From positions 1 to 64,000 of the IMG/VR virus record IMGVR_UViG_3300045391_000045: a stretch of DNA of 64,000 bases; one strand, written 5' to 3'. A program made the position numbers and the translations under genes. Position 1 is the first letter of the stretch. Each line of letters begins with the position of its first letter. The stretch comes from a virus. Shown in pieces: positions 41,683 through 51,132 of this stretch. Under the pieces are notes generated by a model. It ran no database searches. It was not told the DNA's origin and saw nothing but the letters and a program-made list of their open reading frames with translations.

Positions 41683-41808
41683 ATAAAGAGAATCACGAAG
41701 TTGTCAGTGAATAGGTTGAGTAGCTACCATTACGAACGCTCAATAACCGCAGCGGATTTTCGGCCTTCAAATCCCGAGTTTACCGCTATAGAAAAGAAAC
41801 CGGGACAT

Positions 41809-41883
41809 GCCCCGTTAGTCTAGCGGCCTAGGATTCCGGATTTTCACTCCGCGAGAACATCGGTTCGAATCCGATACGGGGTA
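41809..41883 (+). tRNA. tRNA-Glu (anticodon TTC)
   Basis: acceptor GCCCCGT/ACGGGGT, D region GTCTAGCGGCCTAGGAT, loop TTTTCAC, T-arm ATCGG-TTCGAAT-CCGAT. Confidence 0.55.
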
Positions 41884-41884
41884 C

Positions 41885-42079
41885 ATGGGACAAAAGGGAA
41901 AGACACCAAAGTATCACAGAGGTCAGAGAGTATATTCAAAGACCTGGGGGTGCAATGCTACGGTAGTTGCATCTGATAACACCAGGTCTTTCCAAACTGT
42001 TTTTTACATCATCAGACTTGATGGTGCTAAGCAAGACAGTTACAATATTCCGGAGCACCTACTTGCTCCACCAAGATAA
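41885..42079 (+). CDS. small KOW/SH3-like protein starting 2 nt after tRNA-Glu 3' end
   Basis: junction ACGGGGTACATGG. Confidence 0.45.
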   Translation: MGQKGKTPKYHRGQRVYSKTWGCNATVVASDNTRSFQTVFYIIRLDGAKQDSYNIPEHLLAPPR

Positions 42080-42101
42080 AAACTATGGGCTTCGGCCCTA
42101 T

Positions 42102-42175
42102 TCCGGTGTAGTCCAATGGTAGGACACCACTTTGCCAAAGTGGTAGCGCGAGTTCGATTCTCGTCACCGGGACCA
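42102..42175 (+). tRNA. tRNA-Gly (anticodon GCC), CCA encoded
   Basis: acceptor TCCGGTG/CACCGGG, D GTCC/GGAC, anticodon arm CCACT-TTGCCAA-AGTGG perfect, T-arm GCGAG-TTCGATT-CTCGT, then ACCA. Confidence 0.6.
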
Positions 42176-42179
42176 TGAA

Positions 42180-42218
42180 CAGGCACACCAGGTAATGCTG
42201 CACTGCCTGTCTCTTTTT
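42180..42218 (+). terminator. rho-independent terminator
   Basis: ACAGGCA...TGCCTGT then CTCTTTTT. Confidence 0.6.
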
Positions 42219-42245
42219 GTCCGATTAACATAGTTAGGATTACAA

Positions 42246-42764
42246 ATGATTCAGCCTGGTATTCGTGTTCGAGTCCGTGACAACTACGCTGGCGGACTTG
42301 ACAACGTAGTGGGTCGTACTGGTAAGGTTCTTCGTGTCAGTCAGGATGGTCTTTACCTGCTTGACATTAAGGGTCGTCGTAAGGCTTCTTGGGGTGACTA
42401 CACCTATGACCGTGAGGTTATTGTCAACGAGTCTGAAATTGAGACTGTAGACTTTGACCTGAAGGATGCCAAGGGTCGTAAGATTGAGCTTGGCGATGAG
42501 GTTGCCTATGGTCCTCTCGGTGGTGGTGTTATCATTGGAACGGTCGTTGACATTGACGAGCGTGAGGGTCGGTATGGTCGAAAGACTGTGAAGTTCCGTC
42601 TTGAAACTAAGACGAAGGAGTTTTACACTGATGGTGGTGACCGTACGATTAGTGGTGCTAACGTTACTAGCTATCGCTGGTATGAGCACTCTGGTCGTTG
42701 TGTTGTCATCAGTAAGAATCCGATTAATGACAACGTATTTACAATTAAGGTTCCTACTTTCTGA
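42246..42764 (+). CDS. tandem KOW/SH3-like repeat protein
   Basis: two repeats of the small-protein family. Confidence 0.5.
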   Translation: MIQPGIRVRVRDNYAGGLDNVVGRTGKVLRVSQDGLYLLDIKGRRKASWGDYTYDREVIVNESEIETVDFDLKDAKGRKIELGDEVAYGPLGGGVIIGTVVDIDEREGRYGRKTVKFRLETKTKEFYTDGGDRTISGANVTSYRWYEHSGRCVVISKNPINDNVFTIKVPTF

Positions 42765-42955
42765 TGGCTAAGAAGAAGCCGAAGCCAATTGGCTCAGGCA
42801 ATTACACTGTTTGTAGAAAGTGCAGAGGCACTGGTCAGACATTCGATATCAAGAAGGCAAACAATCCAAAGGGTCAAGCGATTCTGTGGATTCCCTGCCC
42901 TGATTGTAAGGATGGTACCGGCCAGTCTAGAGGTTGGGTTGACGCAGAGCGTTGA
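42764..42955 (+). CDS. zinc-ribbon protein
   Basis: CRKCRGTG...CPDC. Confidence 0.45.
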   Translation: MAKKKPKPIGSGNYTVCRKCRGTGQTFDIKKANNPKGQAILWIPCPDCKDGTGQSRGWVDAER

Positions 42956-42988
42956 CATGTGTTAAGATAGATACATCGGGTCGGACGG

Positions 42989-43017
42989 TTGACAAATAAT
43001 CCGACCTAACATACACT
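42989..43017 (+). promoter_or_regulatory. promoter TTGACA-N17-TACACT
   Basis: within GGGTCGGACGG...TCCGAC hairpin region. Confidence 0.4.
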
Positions 43018-43023
43018 TAGAGT

Positions 43024-43473
43024 ATGAAAACGTGCTCTAAGTGTAAGCTTGAAAAGCCTCTTGAGGATTTTCCAAAGAAGGGTTTCGTAAAGGGTAAGCA
43101 AGTTTATCGTTCGGACTGTAAAGATTGTAAGTCCGAATTGGATAAGAAGGTTTATGCCAATACAGACCTAGAAAGACGAAGAATTCTACAGGCCGAAGCC
43201 ACTAAGCGAAGGCTTGCTAATAACAGGAAATTGGTGTATGACTACCTGAAGAACCATCCATGTGTAGATTGTGGACAGGACAACATCATTGTGCTAGAGT
43301 TTGACCACGTAAGAGGTGAGAAGACGCAAAGCATTTCAACAATGGTTGCTAGACATAGACCAGAGTCAGAAATCCTAGAGGAAATTGAGAAGTGCGATGT
43401 TCGATGTGCAAATTGCCATCGTATCGTAACGGCTCAACGTGGTGGTTGGAATGTACTTGACCACCTAGACTGA
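43024..43473 (+). CDS. HNH endonuclease
   Basis: N-terminal Cys cluster, EFDHV...N...CANCH. Confidence 0.6.
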   Translation: MKTCSKCKLEKPLEDFPKKGFVKGKQVYRSDCKDCKSELDKKVYANTDLERRRILQAEATKRRLANNRKLVYDYLKNHPCVDCGQDNIIVLEFDHVRGEKTQSISTMVARHRPESEILEEIEKCDVRCANCHRIVTAQRGGWNVLDHLD

Positions 43474-43493
43474 ATGTGTTAAACTTGAATATA

Positions 43494-43595
43494 TCGGGTC
43501 GATTGGATAGGGTTATCTAACAATCAATTGGTGATGAGCCTTCGGGCAACCCTGCGGCGGGTATAGCCGCATCTCCCTTCCTCAACATATCCGAT
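43494..43595 (+). ncRNA. Y RNA-like repeat unit g (GGGTCG...GGGTTATCTAACAATCAATTGG...ACATATCCG), precedes tRNA-Gly
   Basis: same terminal motifs as units a-f; internal UUAUCU-AA-UCAAUUG resembles the loop of vertebrate Y RNAs. Confidence 0.4.
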
Positions 43596-43602
43596 GTATT
43601 TG

Positions 43603-43674
43603 CGGGTGTAACTCAATTGGCAGAGTGCTAGCCTTCCAAGCTAGATGTTGCCGGTTCGACCCCGGTCACCCGCT
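43603..43674 (+). tRNA. tRNA-Gly (anticodon TCC)
   Basis: acceptor GCGGGTG/CACCCGC perfect, anticodon arm CTAGC-CTTCCAA-GCTAG perfect, T-arm GCCGG-TTCGACC-CCGGT. Confidence 0.6.
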
Positions 43675-43682
43675 CGAAACAA

Positions 43683-43716
43683 ATGCCCCGCTGGTAAATA
43701 ACTGGCGGGGATTTGT
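43683..43716 (+). terminator. hairpin CCCCG-N14-CGGGGATTTG (copy of 20797 element) after tRNA-Gly
   Basis: GCCCCGCTGGTAAATAACTGGCGGGGATTTGTTGTTTC. Confidence 0.45.
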
Positions 43717-43739
43717 TGTTTCTATGGTAAGATGGAGTC

Positions 43740-43937
43740 ATGGAAGAAATCGTATCCTACAGTTTTGCTGTAGACATTTACAAGAATGAGTCTGGAACGT
43801 ACACTTATGGTGTGTTCCAAGAGATTGAATCTGATGAAGAGGACGAACTACAGTTGCTTGAGTCTGGTGAGACTGATACACTAGCTGAAGCGGCAGAGGT
43901 TGCGGGCCGAAGCATCAAGACACTGTTCACTGTTTGA
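43740..43937 (+). CDS. hypothetical acidic protein
   Basis: 65 aa. Confidence 0.4.
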   Translation: MEEIVSYSFAVDIYKNESGTYTYGVFQEIESDEEDELQLLESGETDTLAEAAEVAGRSIKTLFTV

Positions 43938-43957
43938 CTATGGCCCGAAAGGGTCAA

Positions 43958-44029
43958 TCCCCCTTAGTGTAATTGGCAGCACAACGGATTTTGGTTCCGT
44001 TAGTTCGAGTTCGAGTCTCGCCGGGGGAG
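43958..44029 (+). tRNA. tRNA-Gln (anticodon TTG)
   Basis: U1-A72 acceptor TCCCCCT/CGGGGGA, D GTGT/GCAC, anticodon arm ACGGA-TTTTGGT-TCCGT. Confidence 0.5.
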
Positions 44030-44050
44030 CTTCCATCGTAAAAAGGAGAA

Positions 44051-44290
44051 ATGATGGTTATTGCAGCAACTGTTATTTGGATTGTCGGATTTCTCTTCCT
44101 CCTGATTTTCGGAGGTGTGGTGATTGTTGATTCAGAGATTCATCATGAAGAGCCTTTCGAACAGTATTATGAGTCATGGGGTGGAGTCAGATTCTACTCC
44201 GTTGTATTCCTTGCGCTGCTCATTGCAACGTCTGTCTGGCCTATCACTCTGCTCACTATCTACATCGTAGCTCTTATTAGGAAGTGGTAA
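44051..44290 (+). CDS. membrane protein
   Basis: hydrophobic 79 aa. Confidence 0.45.
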   Translation: MMVIAATVIWIVGFLFLLIFGGVVIVDSEIHHEEPFEQYYESWGGVRFYSVVFLALLIATSVWPITLLTIYIVALIRKW

Positions 44291-44291
44291 G

Positions 44292-44507
44292 ATGATTTTC
44301 CTGTGGATTTATTTGGCCGGGTTGACTGTCTGCATCATTGGTGGTACGGTTACAGCACTGTACGAGAAGCGCAAGTTCGGTGAAGACAAGGTATCAGCTA
44401 CCGCATGGGGTTCTATCGTCCTGTATTCTTTTTGGTGGCCATTCATCATGCTTCTCAATCTTATCTGCCTCCCCTTCGACATTCTTGAGAAGAGGCGGGG
44501 TCAGTAA
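44292..44507 (+). CDS. membrane protein
   Basis: hydrophobic 71 aa. Confidence 0.45.
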   Translation: MIFLWIYLAGLTVCIIGGTVTALYEKRKFGEDKVSATAWGSIVLYSFWWPFIMLLNLICLPFDILEKRRGQ

Positions 44508-44554
44508 GATATCGGGGGTTCGCCCCCAAGCTTCCATTACAAAAGGAGAAGATA

Positions 44555-45010
44555 ATGGATATTCTGTTCTGGATTTGGGTAGTACCGGCCGGATTCTTCA
44601 CTACAATTTTCCTGCTGGTTGCACTATTCGCTTCGTTGATTAACATTCAGACAGGCGCTGTTCTTGGCGGATTGGCAATTGGAATCTTTGGTCCGCCTGT
44701 TGCTGTCGCTCTTGGTGCTCTCTGGCCTGTTACTTGGCCTCTGTTTTCACTTCTTGGTAAGCTGGATGAAAAGCGAACCGAAAAGCGCAATCAGGAATAT
44801 GAGAAGCAGCTTGCTAAGGGAAAGAACTATGGCAAGTTGATGAAGATTACCGAGAGCTATCCTCACCTTCCCGATGAGTACCTTGGTGCTATCGTAAAGG
44901 TCATTCAGTGGCATGAGCCTGGCAAGCACAATGCTTACGTTGAGTTTATTGACCAGAAGATTCGCCCTGGTCGATTCTATTGGCGACACTCCATGATGGA
45001 GGAAGTCTGA
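44555..45010 (+). CDS. membrane protein with soluble C-terminal domain
   Basis: hairpin-CAAGCTT-AAAAGGAG upstream. Confidence 0.5.
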   Translation: MDILFWIWVVPAGFFTTIFLLVALFASLINIQTGAVLGGLAIGIFGPPVAVALGALWPVTWPLFSLLGKLDEKRTEKRNQEYEKQLAKGKNYGKLMKITESYPHLPDEYLGAIVKVIQWHEPGKHNAYVEFIDQKIRPGRFYWRHSMMEEV

Positions 45011-45053
45011 TAGAATGGGACTTCGGTCCCAAGCTTCCCGAAAGGAGATTGTT

Positions 45054-45353
45054 ATGGGATGGGTGTTGGTCGTTGCTATCCTGGCTGCGCTATGGTACCG
45101 TAGCAATTACAAGGGTGCCATGAAGATGTACGAGCATGAGCGTGAACTGAGTAAGCTTGCTAGTGGCGAAAACTACCGTCGTCTGGTAAGGTTCACTCAT
45201 AACAACAGGAAGTACGAGGCTCGTATTCGTAGGTGGGATGTTCCTGAGTCAGACGAGAATGTTGCTGAACTTTGGTGCGTTGAAGGTTCCAATCCTGACG
45301 GATGGACACAGTTCTTTCTTTGGGATAAGGATGAACTGAAGTTCGTTGATTGA
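45054..45353 (+). CDS. hypothetical protein (N-terminal TM)
   Basis: RBS AAAGGAGATTGTTATG. Confidence 0.45.
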   Translation: MGWVLVVAILAALWYRSNYKGAMKMYEHERELSKLASGENYRRLVRFTHNNRKYEARIRRWDVPESDENVAELWCVEGSNPDGWTQFFLWDKDELKFVD

Positions 45354-45403
45354 GAATCCGCCCGGTTTCGTAAACGGGCAAGCTTTAGTAATAAGGAGGA
45401 AGT

Positions 45404-45652
45404 ATGACCGCTTGGATTATGGGAATCTATTTCGTTGGTTTCGGCCTCTGTTTCCTGTTTCTGCTTGTTATGGCGGGAGTTGGCAATAGTCCTGGCCTTG
45501 GCAGTTCACTTGGTTCTGAGGTAGTAACGTTCGTAATGCTCGGTTCCTTTCTGTGGCCTGTGCTTCTTGTAATTTCAATTATGGCTGGTGGCTGGTATGC
45601 CGTCAGGCGACTGCTTGGAAAGGAAAAGAATGGACTTCGTAACACTGCATGA
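45404..45652 (+). CDS. membrane protein
   Basis: RBS AAGGAGGAAGTATG. Confidence 0.45.
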   Translation: MTAWIMGIYFVGFGLCFLFLLVMAGVGNSPGLGSSLGSEVVTFVMLGSFLWPVLLVISIMAGGWYAVRRLLGKEKNGLRNTA

Positions 45653-46244
45653 AATGATTCCTCGGGCAACCGGAGATAAACTTCATGTGATGGAAATGAA
45701 GCCATATCCTAACATTACCCTCGCTATGCCGGGAAGGCATCAGAATGATACCGACCCTGTTGGCGGGGATTTTGTTGTTATGGTAGATGATGTAAATATG
45801 GGTTGGGTAAAGCATCAGTTTACTCATGGCGACCTTTGGGATGACCTTGAGAGCAAGTTGATTGCCGACCCTATGAGTGCTAAGATGCTCATGCGTGATT
45901 ACGCGATGGTCGTTCGTGGTGCTGCGCCTGAAGACACAGCATGGGACTTTGAGAACGGTTTGGTTCCTGAGGACCTAGATGAGCCTTGGGACAATACGCT
46001 GTTGCCTCAAACGTTTCTGTACGCCGTTCAGTGCCTAGCTGTGGCTGAGCATCGACGCTACTGGAAGCACGAACGAGACGGAGGCGGAAGGTACTTGCCA
46101 GCACGCTTCTCCATGGGTATCATAGAAGGCAGATGGAAGGCAGAAGACGCCAAGGCTTATCAGTATCGTGGTCGTCAAGGGCTTGAGAATCTGATTAAGG
46201 AGAAGGGCCGTCCGACTTCTCTGAAGAAGTTTGCTGAACAGTAA
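45630..46244 (+). CDS. hypothetical protein
   Basis: 204 aa. Confidence 0.5.
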   Translation: MDFVTLHEMIPRATGDKLHVMEMKPYPNITLAMPGRHQNDTDPVGGDFVVMVDDVNMGWVKHQFTHGDLWDDLESKLIADPMSAKMLMRDYAMVVRGAAPEDTAWDFENGLVPEDLDEPWDNTLLPQTFLYAVQCLAVAEHRRYWKHERDGGGRYLPARFSMGIIEGRWKAEDAKAYQYRGRQGLENLIKEKGRPTSLKKFAEQ

Positions 46245-46290
46245 ATTTCGTGGGGTTTCGTAAAGAAGCCCCAAGCTGTATACTAGACAC

Positions 46291-46560
46291 ATGGATGAAA
46301 TTTGTGAGGAACTAGCGCACTGGTTTCTAGTGCATGATTACAAGTGGAAGTTTGATTACGGCCATGGCAATCCCGATGAAAAGGATATTGCAGCAGTAAT
46401 CAAAAAGGCAATGCAACTGCTTAGTGTTGAAGAAACAGATACCAGACTTGAGGTTGGTAGGCTAATCTTCATGAAGAATGCTGAGCTTGGTCTAGTAGAC
46501 ATTTATGTTCACGCTGGGACTATTGAGGAGAATTCACTAAATGAGGACAGCAACGTTTGA
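46291..46560 (+). CDS. hypothetical protein
   Basis: 89 aa. Confidence 0.45.
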   Translation: MDEICEELAHWFLVHDYKWKFDYGHGNPDEKDIAAVIKKAMQLLSVEETDTRLEVGRLIFMKNAELGLVDIYVHAGTIEENSLNEDSNV

Positions 46561-46963
46561 CTACACTGAGATGGCCGTAGTTGACAGCAGCTTTATCGAC
46601 GCTGTTTACTACAACGACAAGAGCAGTGAGCTTGCCGTTTCAATGCTGAATGGCGACACGCATTTCTATGCGGATGTGCCTGCACGCGTTTTCTACAGCA
46701 TGGTTGACGGTTCTTCCGCTGGTGCTGCCTATAACCGAGAGGTTAAGGACCAGTACACAAACATTGCGGGCGGACCTGTTCATGAGGTACAGTTTGTTGA
46801 GCACGAGGTTGGTGTAACCAAGCGCTTCAACGTAAAGGCTGTGGTAGTATTTCAGCAGTGGTTTGACGCTGAATCTGCTGCGGACGCTGCCAAGCAGATG
46901 GAGAAGTACATGGCTCCGAACTATGGCAACGTATCAATCACGGAGGTTAAGGAAGTTGGGTGA
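46541..46963 (+). CDS. hypothetical protein
   Basis: 140 aa. Confidence 0.45.
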   Translation: MRTATFDYTEMAVVDSSFIDAVYYNDKSSELAVSMLNGDTHFYADVPARVFYSMVDGSSAGAAYNREVKDQYTNIAGGPVHEVQFVEHEVGVTKRFNVKAVVVFQQWFDAESAADAAKQMEKYMAPNYGNVSITEVKEVG

Positions 46964-47267
46964 GGTTCGTAAGGTCCGTACACTAACGGAACTTCACGAA
47001 ATTATGAACGACAATGATAAGGTCGTTCTTGACTTGGCTGCACCGTCATGGTGTGTTCCTTGTCAGAGGCTTGAGCCTCATTTTAAGAAGGCTGCTGAAA
47101 AGTCGGAGGCTGCGTTCGTTCAGGTAGATATTGAGGATGCCGAACAGGATATTCTCAACACCTATCCGACACAAAGTGTTCCAACGGTTCTTCTCTTGCA
47201 GAAGGGTGAGCCAACTGCTACGCTTAAGGGACGTACTTCGGTAGCACTTCTTAAGGAGATTGGGTAA
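46956..47267 (+). CDS. thioredoxin (TTG start inferred)
   Basis: WCVPC active site ~30 aa from inferred start; GGAGG 8 nt upstream of TTG. Confidence 0.55.
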   Translation: MGEVRKVRTLTELHEIMNDNDKVVLDLAAPSWCVPCQRLEPHFKKAAEKSEAAFVQVDIEDAEQDILNTYPTQSVPTVLLLQKGEPTATLKGRTSVALLKEIG

Positions 47268-47318
47268 ATCTCGCGGGGGTTTCGTAAAGAGACCCCCAAG
47301 CTTCTCAACAAAGGAGAA

Positions 47319-47576
47319 ATGATGCTGAGCGATATTGACCTTCCTGAACTTCCTTCTGGATATCGATGGAAGTTTTATAGGAGCAAGGCAAGTGGGAGCG
47401 ATATCTTGGCTATCCAGAAGCGCTGGCTTGGTGTTTGGTATAGCGAAGAAATCTCATTCCCTAGTATTTATAAGTCATATGGTGATAGTAATGAGAAGGC
47501 TATTAAGAAGGCTGCACAGTCAGCTTTCAGACGATTCAATCAGGACTTCTCTCGATACTATGGTACTAAGCCGTAA
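47319..47576 (+). CDS. hypothetical protein
   Basis: hairpin-CAAGCTT-AAAGGAG upstream. Confidence 0.45.
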   Translation: MMLSDIDLPELPSGYRWKFYRSKASGSDILAIQKRWLGVWYSEEISFPSIYKSYGDSNEKAIKKAAQSAFRRFNQDFSRYYGTKP

Positions 47577-47595
47577 TTCTATAAAGGAGACATAG

Positions 47596-47760
47596 TGGCT
47601 AACATTGGTGGTGCTTCCCCTAAGAATCTGATTATGCGGGCAGAGTTGATGATTGATAGCCTGCCTGACTATAATGCAGACCTTAAGGCTGAAAAGGCTG
47701 AGTTGCTTCTTCGTCTTGCTGAGGCTAAGATGGAGTTCCTGAAGCAACCCGAGGAGTAAC
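47596..47760 (+). CDS. hypothetical small protein (GTG start)
   Basis: RBS ATAAAGGAGACATA then GTG. Confidence 0.35.
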
Positions 47761-47818
47761 ACAATGGGCCGAAAGGCCCAAGCTTTCCTACTAACATACA
47801 CAGAAAAGGAATAGGAAA

Positions 47819-48055
47819 ATGACTAACATTACCCCTGAGCAGGAGCAGCAGAGCCGCGATTTCGTTAAGGTTGCTGCGCTTGCAGCGGTTCACATTCAGG
47901 CAGTGAATGAGGCCGTGAAGTTGGGTGACATGGACCTTCTTCAGGGAAGCCTTGACTTCGGTAACGAGGTTTCCACCACGATTCTTTCTCAGATTCCTGA
48001 GGAGATTCGTATGGAGGTTCTGCTTGAGCTGCTTGGTTCCGCTCTGAGCATCTGA
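47819..48055 (+). CDS. hypothetical protein
   Basis: 78 aa. Confidence 0.45.
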   Translation: MTNITPEQEQQSRDFVKVAALAAVHIQAVNEAVKLGDMDLLQGSLDFGNEVSTTILSQIPEEIRMEVLLELLGSALSI

Positions 48056-48072
48056 TATTGCAGTACAATTGG

Positions 48073-48100
48073 GCTAGGGGAGAAATCCCCTAGCCTTTTT
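48073..48100 (+). terminator. rho-independent terminator
   Basis: CTAGGGG-AGAAA-TCCCCTAG then CCTTTTT. Confidence 0.65.
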
Positions 48101-48118
48101 GTATTGGAGGAAGCTTGT

Positions 48119-48343
48119 ATGTCCATTGAGAGATGGGAAAATGAAGGAGGATTTATCCAGATGACTCATTCATATTTTGACAGAATGGGTTTTGAGGAAA
48201 CACACGAAGGCAGTCAGACAGACTGTCCAACCAAGCAGTGTCGTAAGGAACGCGCCTACTACCGCAGGATTCCAGCGATGGACCCGTGGCCTGATGGTTC
48301 CGGGCCATACGGCACCGACCCATGGATGCAGGAGGGTATCTAA
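48119..48343 (+). CDS. hypothetical protein
   Basis: RBS TGGAGGAAGCTTGTATG. Confidence 0.4.
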   Translation: MSIERWENEGGFIQMTHSYFDRMGFEETHEGSQTDCPTKQCRKERAYYRRIPAMDPWPDGSGPYGTDPWMQEGI

Positions 48344-48347
48344 ACAA

Positions 48348-48842
48348 ATGCACGTCGTACCAAAATTTGAAGGTGACCACTTCTTCCTGTCTAACTTTTA
48401 CGAGGCTCCCATACGTTTTGTGATGGGTGATGAGATGGTGGTCATGGCTACTGGGGAGCACGCTTTCCAGGCTGCCAAGGGCAACGCCATCCTTGACAAG
48501 GCAGAGAAGATGAGATACGTTCTTTCTGTTGCCGATGCCCCAACACCTGCCAAGGCAAAGTACCTTGGTCGTTCAGTCAAGATAGACCTTGACTGGTGGG
48601 AACGCATCAAGGTAGACTGTATGCGCGAAATTGTATTCCAGAAGTTTTTGCAGAACCCTGAGCTGAGAGTTAAGCTCTTGAATACAGGTGATGCTATGCT
48701 TGTGGAAGGAAATACCTGGGATGATAAATTCTGGGGGCGAGTAGATGGCAAGGGCTATAATAAGCTTGGTGTCATTTTGATGGAAGTGCGCGGATACTGG
48801 TATTGGCAGACACGTAGAAACAATCCGGAGATGGGGTCATGA
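48348..48842 (+). CDS. NADAR (DUF1768, YbiA-like) domain protein
   Basis: FLSNFYEAPIRF, GEHAFQAAK, WDDKFWG motifs typical of NADAR N-glycosidase-like domain. Confidence 0.6.
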   Translation: MHVVPKFEGDHFFLSNFYEAPIRFVMGDEMVVMATGEHAFQAAKGNAILDKAEKMRYVLSVADAPTPAKAKYLGRSVKIDLDWWERIKVDCMREIVFQKFLQNPELRVKLLNTGDAMLVEGNTWDDKFWGRVDGKGYNKLGVILMEVRGYWYWQTRRNNPEMGS

Positions 48843-49000
48843 GCGATAGACAGCCCAATTTTGCCGTGCGAGATGAAGTGGTGTATCTAGGAATGCTGGG
48901 TATCGTAAAGCGAGTTCTTCCTGGCAGGGGTATAAGGTATGTCGTGGAATTCGAGCATGGTAGGCAGACAATTCCCGAAGGAAAGTTGAAGAGAGCGTGA
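48839..49000 (+). CDS. small KOW/SH3-like protein
   Basis: VRDEVVYLGMLGIVKRV. Confidence 0.4.
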   Translation: MSDRQPNFAVRDEVVYLGMLGIVKRVLPGRGIRYVVEFEHGRQTIPEGKLKRA

Positions 49001-49164
49001 GTCAAAAGTATCGTAAGGCTCAGCGTCTTATTGCGTCCCGCCGTTATTTTCGGCGGGTTCGTAATAGATGGCGCAAATACGGTTGTTCGTGCGGAAAGCA
49101 CAACATGAGAGGCGACAGATAGTCGCTAGGGTTAGGGAAATAGCCCTGAAAGGAAAATAAAATA

Positions 49165-49329
49165 ATGGAAAAGAAGCCTAAGTACAAGGTTGGACAAAGA
49201 GTGAAGTTCAATGGAGACACTGGTACCATTACGAAGGTCTGGACTACAGACAAGAATATGCCAAAGTACACTGTTGATTTCATCTTCCACACCCATGTAC
49301 TAAGGGAAGACCAGATTAGAAAGGCGTAA
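49165..49329 (+). CDS. small KOW/SH3-like protein
   Basis: KVGQRVKFNGDTGTITKV. Confidence 0.45.
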   Translation: MEKKPKYKVGQRVKFNGDTGTITKVWTTDKNMPKYTVDFIFHTHVLREDQIRKA

Positions 49330-49330
49330 A

Positions 49331-49606
49331 ATGTGTAACTGTCAGTGCCAATGCAATCAGACTAAGAAGGTTTTTGCAGTTGGCGATGTTATTCATGGAT
49401 TCTGTGGTGGACATTTCGGGCGGGATTCCTATTCGTGCAAGAAGGTGGAATACATTGGTCCTGATTACATCGTATTCCGCATCCTAAATGATTGGGGCGC
49501 TGGTGGTGTTACCATTTATTCTGGTACGCAAGAGGCGATTTATAGCGACCTGTCTGAGTATATGGAAAAGCCAGACTCCGAATACTACGAGACTTGCGAC
49601 TGCTAA
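49331..49606 (+). CDS. Cys-rich protein
   Basis: 91 aa. Confidence 0.45.
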   Translation: MCNCQCQCNQTKKVFAVGDVIHGFCGGHFGRDSYSCKKVEYIGPDYIVFRILNDWGAGGVTIYSGTQEAIYSDLSEYMEKPDSEYYETCDC

Positions 49607-49714
49607 AAATCTTGGAGGGTAGCTCTTGACAAGCTACCCTCAAGCTAGTTAAACTAGAAAAAGAATAAAACAAGTTATAGCAAAGAGAAGAATATAGAAT
49701 AGGTTAATATAATT

Positions 49715-49903
49715 ATGACTATTTCAGTTATGTTGGTTCTCGGTGCACTTGTTGCAATGTTCATCATCAAGGATGGACTTAACAAGTTCCAGGCCATTGT
49801 CCTCATTCTCTTTGGTATCTACCTTGGTGATACTGCTTTTGGTGGAAACCTGCATGAATGGACGGACAACTTTTTCCACATGATTTCTCAGATGAATTTC
49901 TGA
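49715..49903 (+). CDS. small membrane protein
   Basis: 62 aa. Confidence 0.4.
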   Translation: MTISVMLVLGALVAMFIIKDGLNKFQAIVLILFGIYLGDTAFGGNLHEWTDNFFHMISQMNF

Positions 49904-49962
49904 GGTATCGTAAAGGGGCTTTCGTAAAGAAGGCCCCTTAAGCTTCCTAAAGGAGAGGTGAT

Positions 49963-50613
49963 ATGAGAGAGTATTCAAAGACCGATAACCTTTACAAGCG
50001 TAACCCTAAGAAGAAGTCTGAGCTTATCGTCGGAGATTACACCCGGCCGGAATTCGCTCATATCGTTTCTTGGTGGGTTACCGAGAAGGTTGATGGTACT
50101 AACGTTCGTCTTTGGTTCGACAAGGACGAGAACAGTGAATATCGTGGGCGTACAGACAATGCACATTTCAGCCCGGTGCAGCATGAATTCATGAACAACC
50201 TTCGTGATTCAATTAAGGAAGATGCAGTAAGCCTTATCCATCGTTTTGGGCTTGATGAGCTGCTTATCTTTGGTGAGCTTTATGGACCGAAGATTCTTTC
50301 TGGTGGCAACTACTCTGACAGTCTGGAGTTCCGAGCGTTTGACATGATGGTTAACGATAAGGTATGGTTGCGACCTGACGCAGTTGAGGAGAACGCAGCA
50401 GACCTTGGGCTGACCATGGTTCCGAACCTTGGCATGATGACTACGGCTCAAATCTTTTTCATGGTAGCTGGCGGATTCAAGTCCACCTTTGCCAAGAACA
50501 AGGATTTCGATGCTGAGGGTGTTATTGCACAGCCTGCGGTAAACCTGTATGACCAGCGTGGAGAGCGTGTTAAGTTCAAGTTGAAGCACAACGATTTGAA
50601 GCATGTAAGTTGA
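49963..50613 (+). CDS. Rnl2-family RNA ligase (minimal adenylyltransferase domain)
   Basis: motif I TEKVDGTN (KxDG), LIFGELYG, KFKLK; 216 aa. Confidence 0.6.
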   Translation: MREYSKTDNLYKRNPKKKSELIVGDYTRPEFAHIVSWWVTEKVDGTNVRLWFDKDENSEYRGRTDNAHFSPVQHEFMNNLRDSIKEDAVSLIHRFGLDELLIFGELYGPKILSGGNYSDSLEFRAFDMMVNDKVWLRPDAVEENAADLGLTMVPNLGMMTTAQIFFMVAGGFKSTFAKNKDFDAEGVIAQPAVNLYDQRGERVKFKLKHNDLKHVS

Positions 50614-50644
50614 AGTGTGTGATATTTCATGCTATGATTAATGC

Positions 50645-51121
50645 ATGATTACATTCACAGATAAGCACTGGAATAAAATTGCGATTACCGGTCCAAATGA
50701 TTGCTGGATTTGGACCGGTTCTTGCGATTCTAGAGGATATGGACAAATTAGAGTATCTAAAAATTACGCACCAAGGGTTACAAGAGTAATGTTGGCATGG
50801 GTTGATGGAATTGAAATTCCAGACAAAAATACGTTCGTTTTGCATTCATGTGATACACCCTCATGCGTCAATCCAATGCATCTGAGATGGGGTTCTCACA
50901 AAGAGAATGTTAAGGATGCAGTAGGAAGAAAAAGATACAAGAATAATTTCAATATGCAGGGCGAGACGCATTGGCGTGCTAAGCTGGCAGAAAATGACGT
51001 TATTGAAATTCGTAATCGTCATGACAATGGAGAAAAGAAGCGGGCTCTGTCTACTGAGTATGGAGTCAGTTTTCAAACAATTAGTCATATTGTAAATAGG
51101 GTCACATGGACCCATATCTAA
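50645..51121 (+). CDS. HNH endonuclease (HNH_3/AP2-like)
   Basis: CWIWTGSCDSRGYGQI...VLHSCDTPSCVNPMHL. Confidence 0.6.
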   Translation: MITFTDKHWNKIAITGPNDCWIWTGSCDSRGYGQIRVSKNYAPRVTRVMLAWVDGIEIPDKNTFVLHSCDTPSCVNPMHLRWGSHKENVKDAVGRKRYKNNFNMQGETHWRAKLAENDVIEIRNRHDNGEKKRALSTEYGVSFQTISHIVNRVTWTHI

Positions 51122-51132
51122 GGAGAAATAAA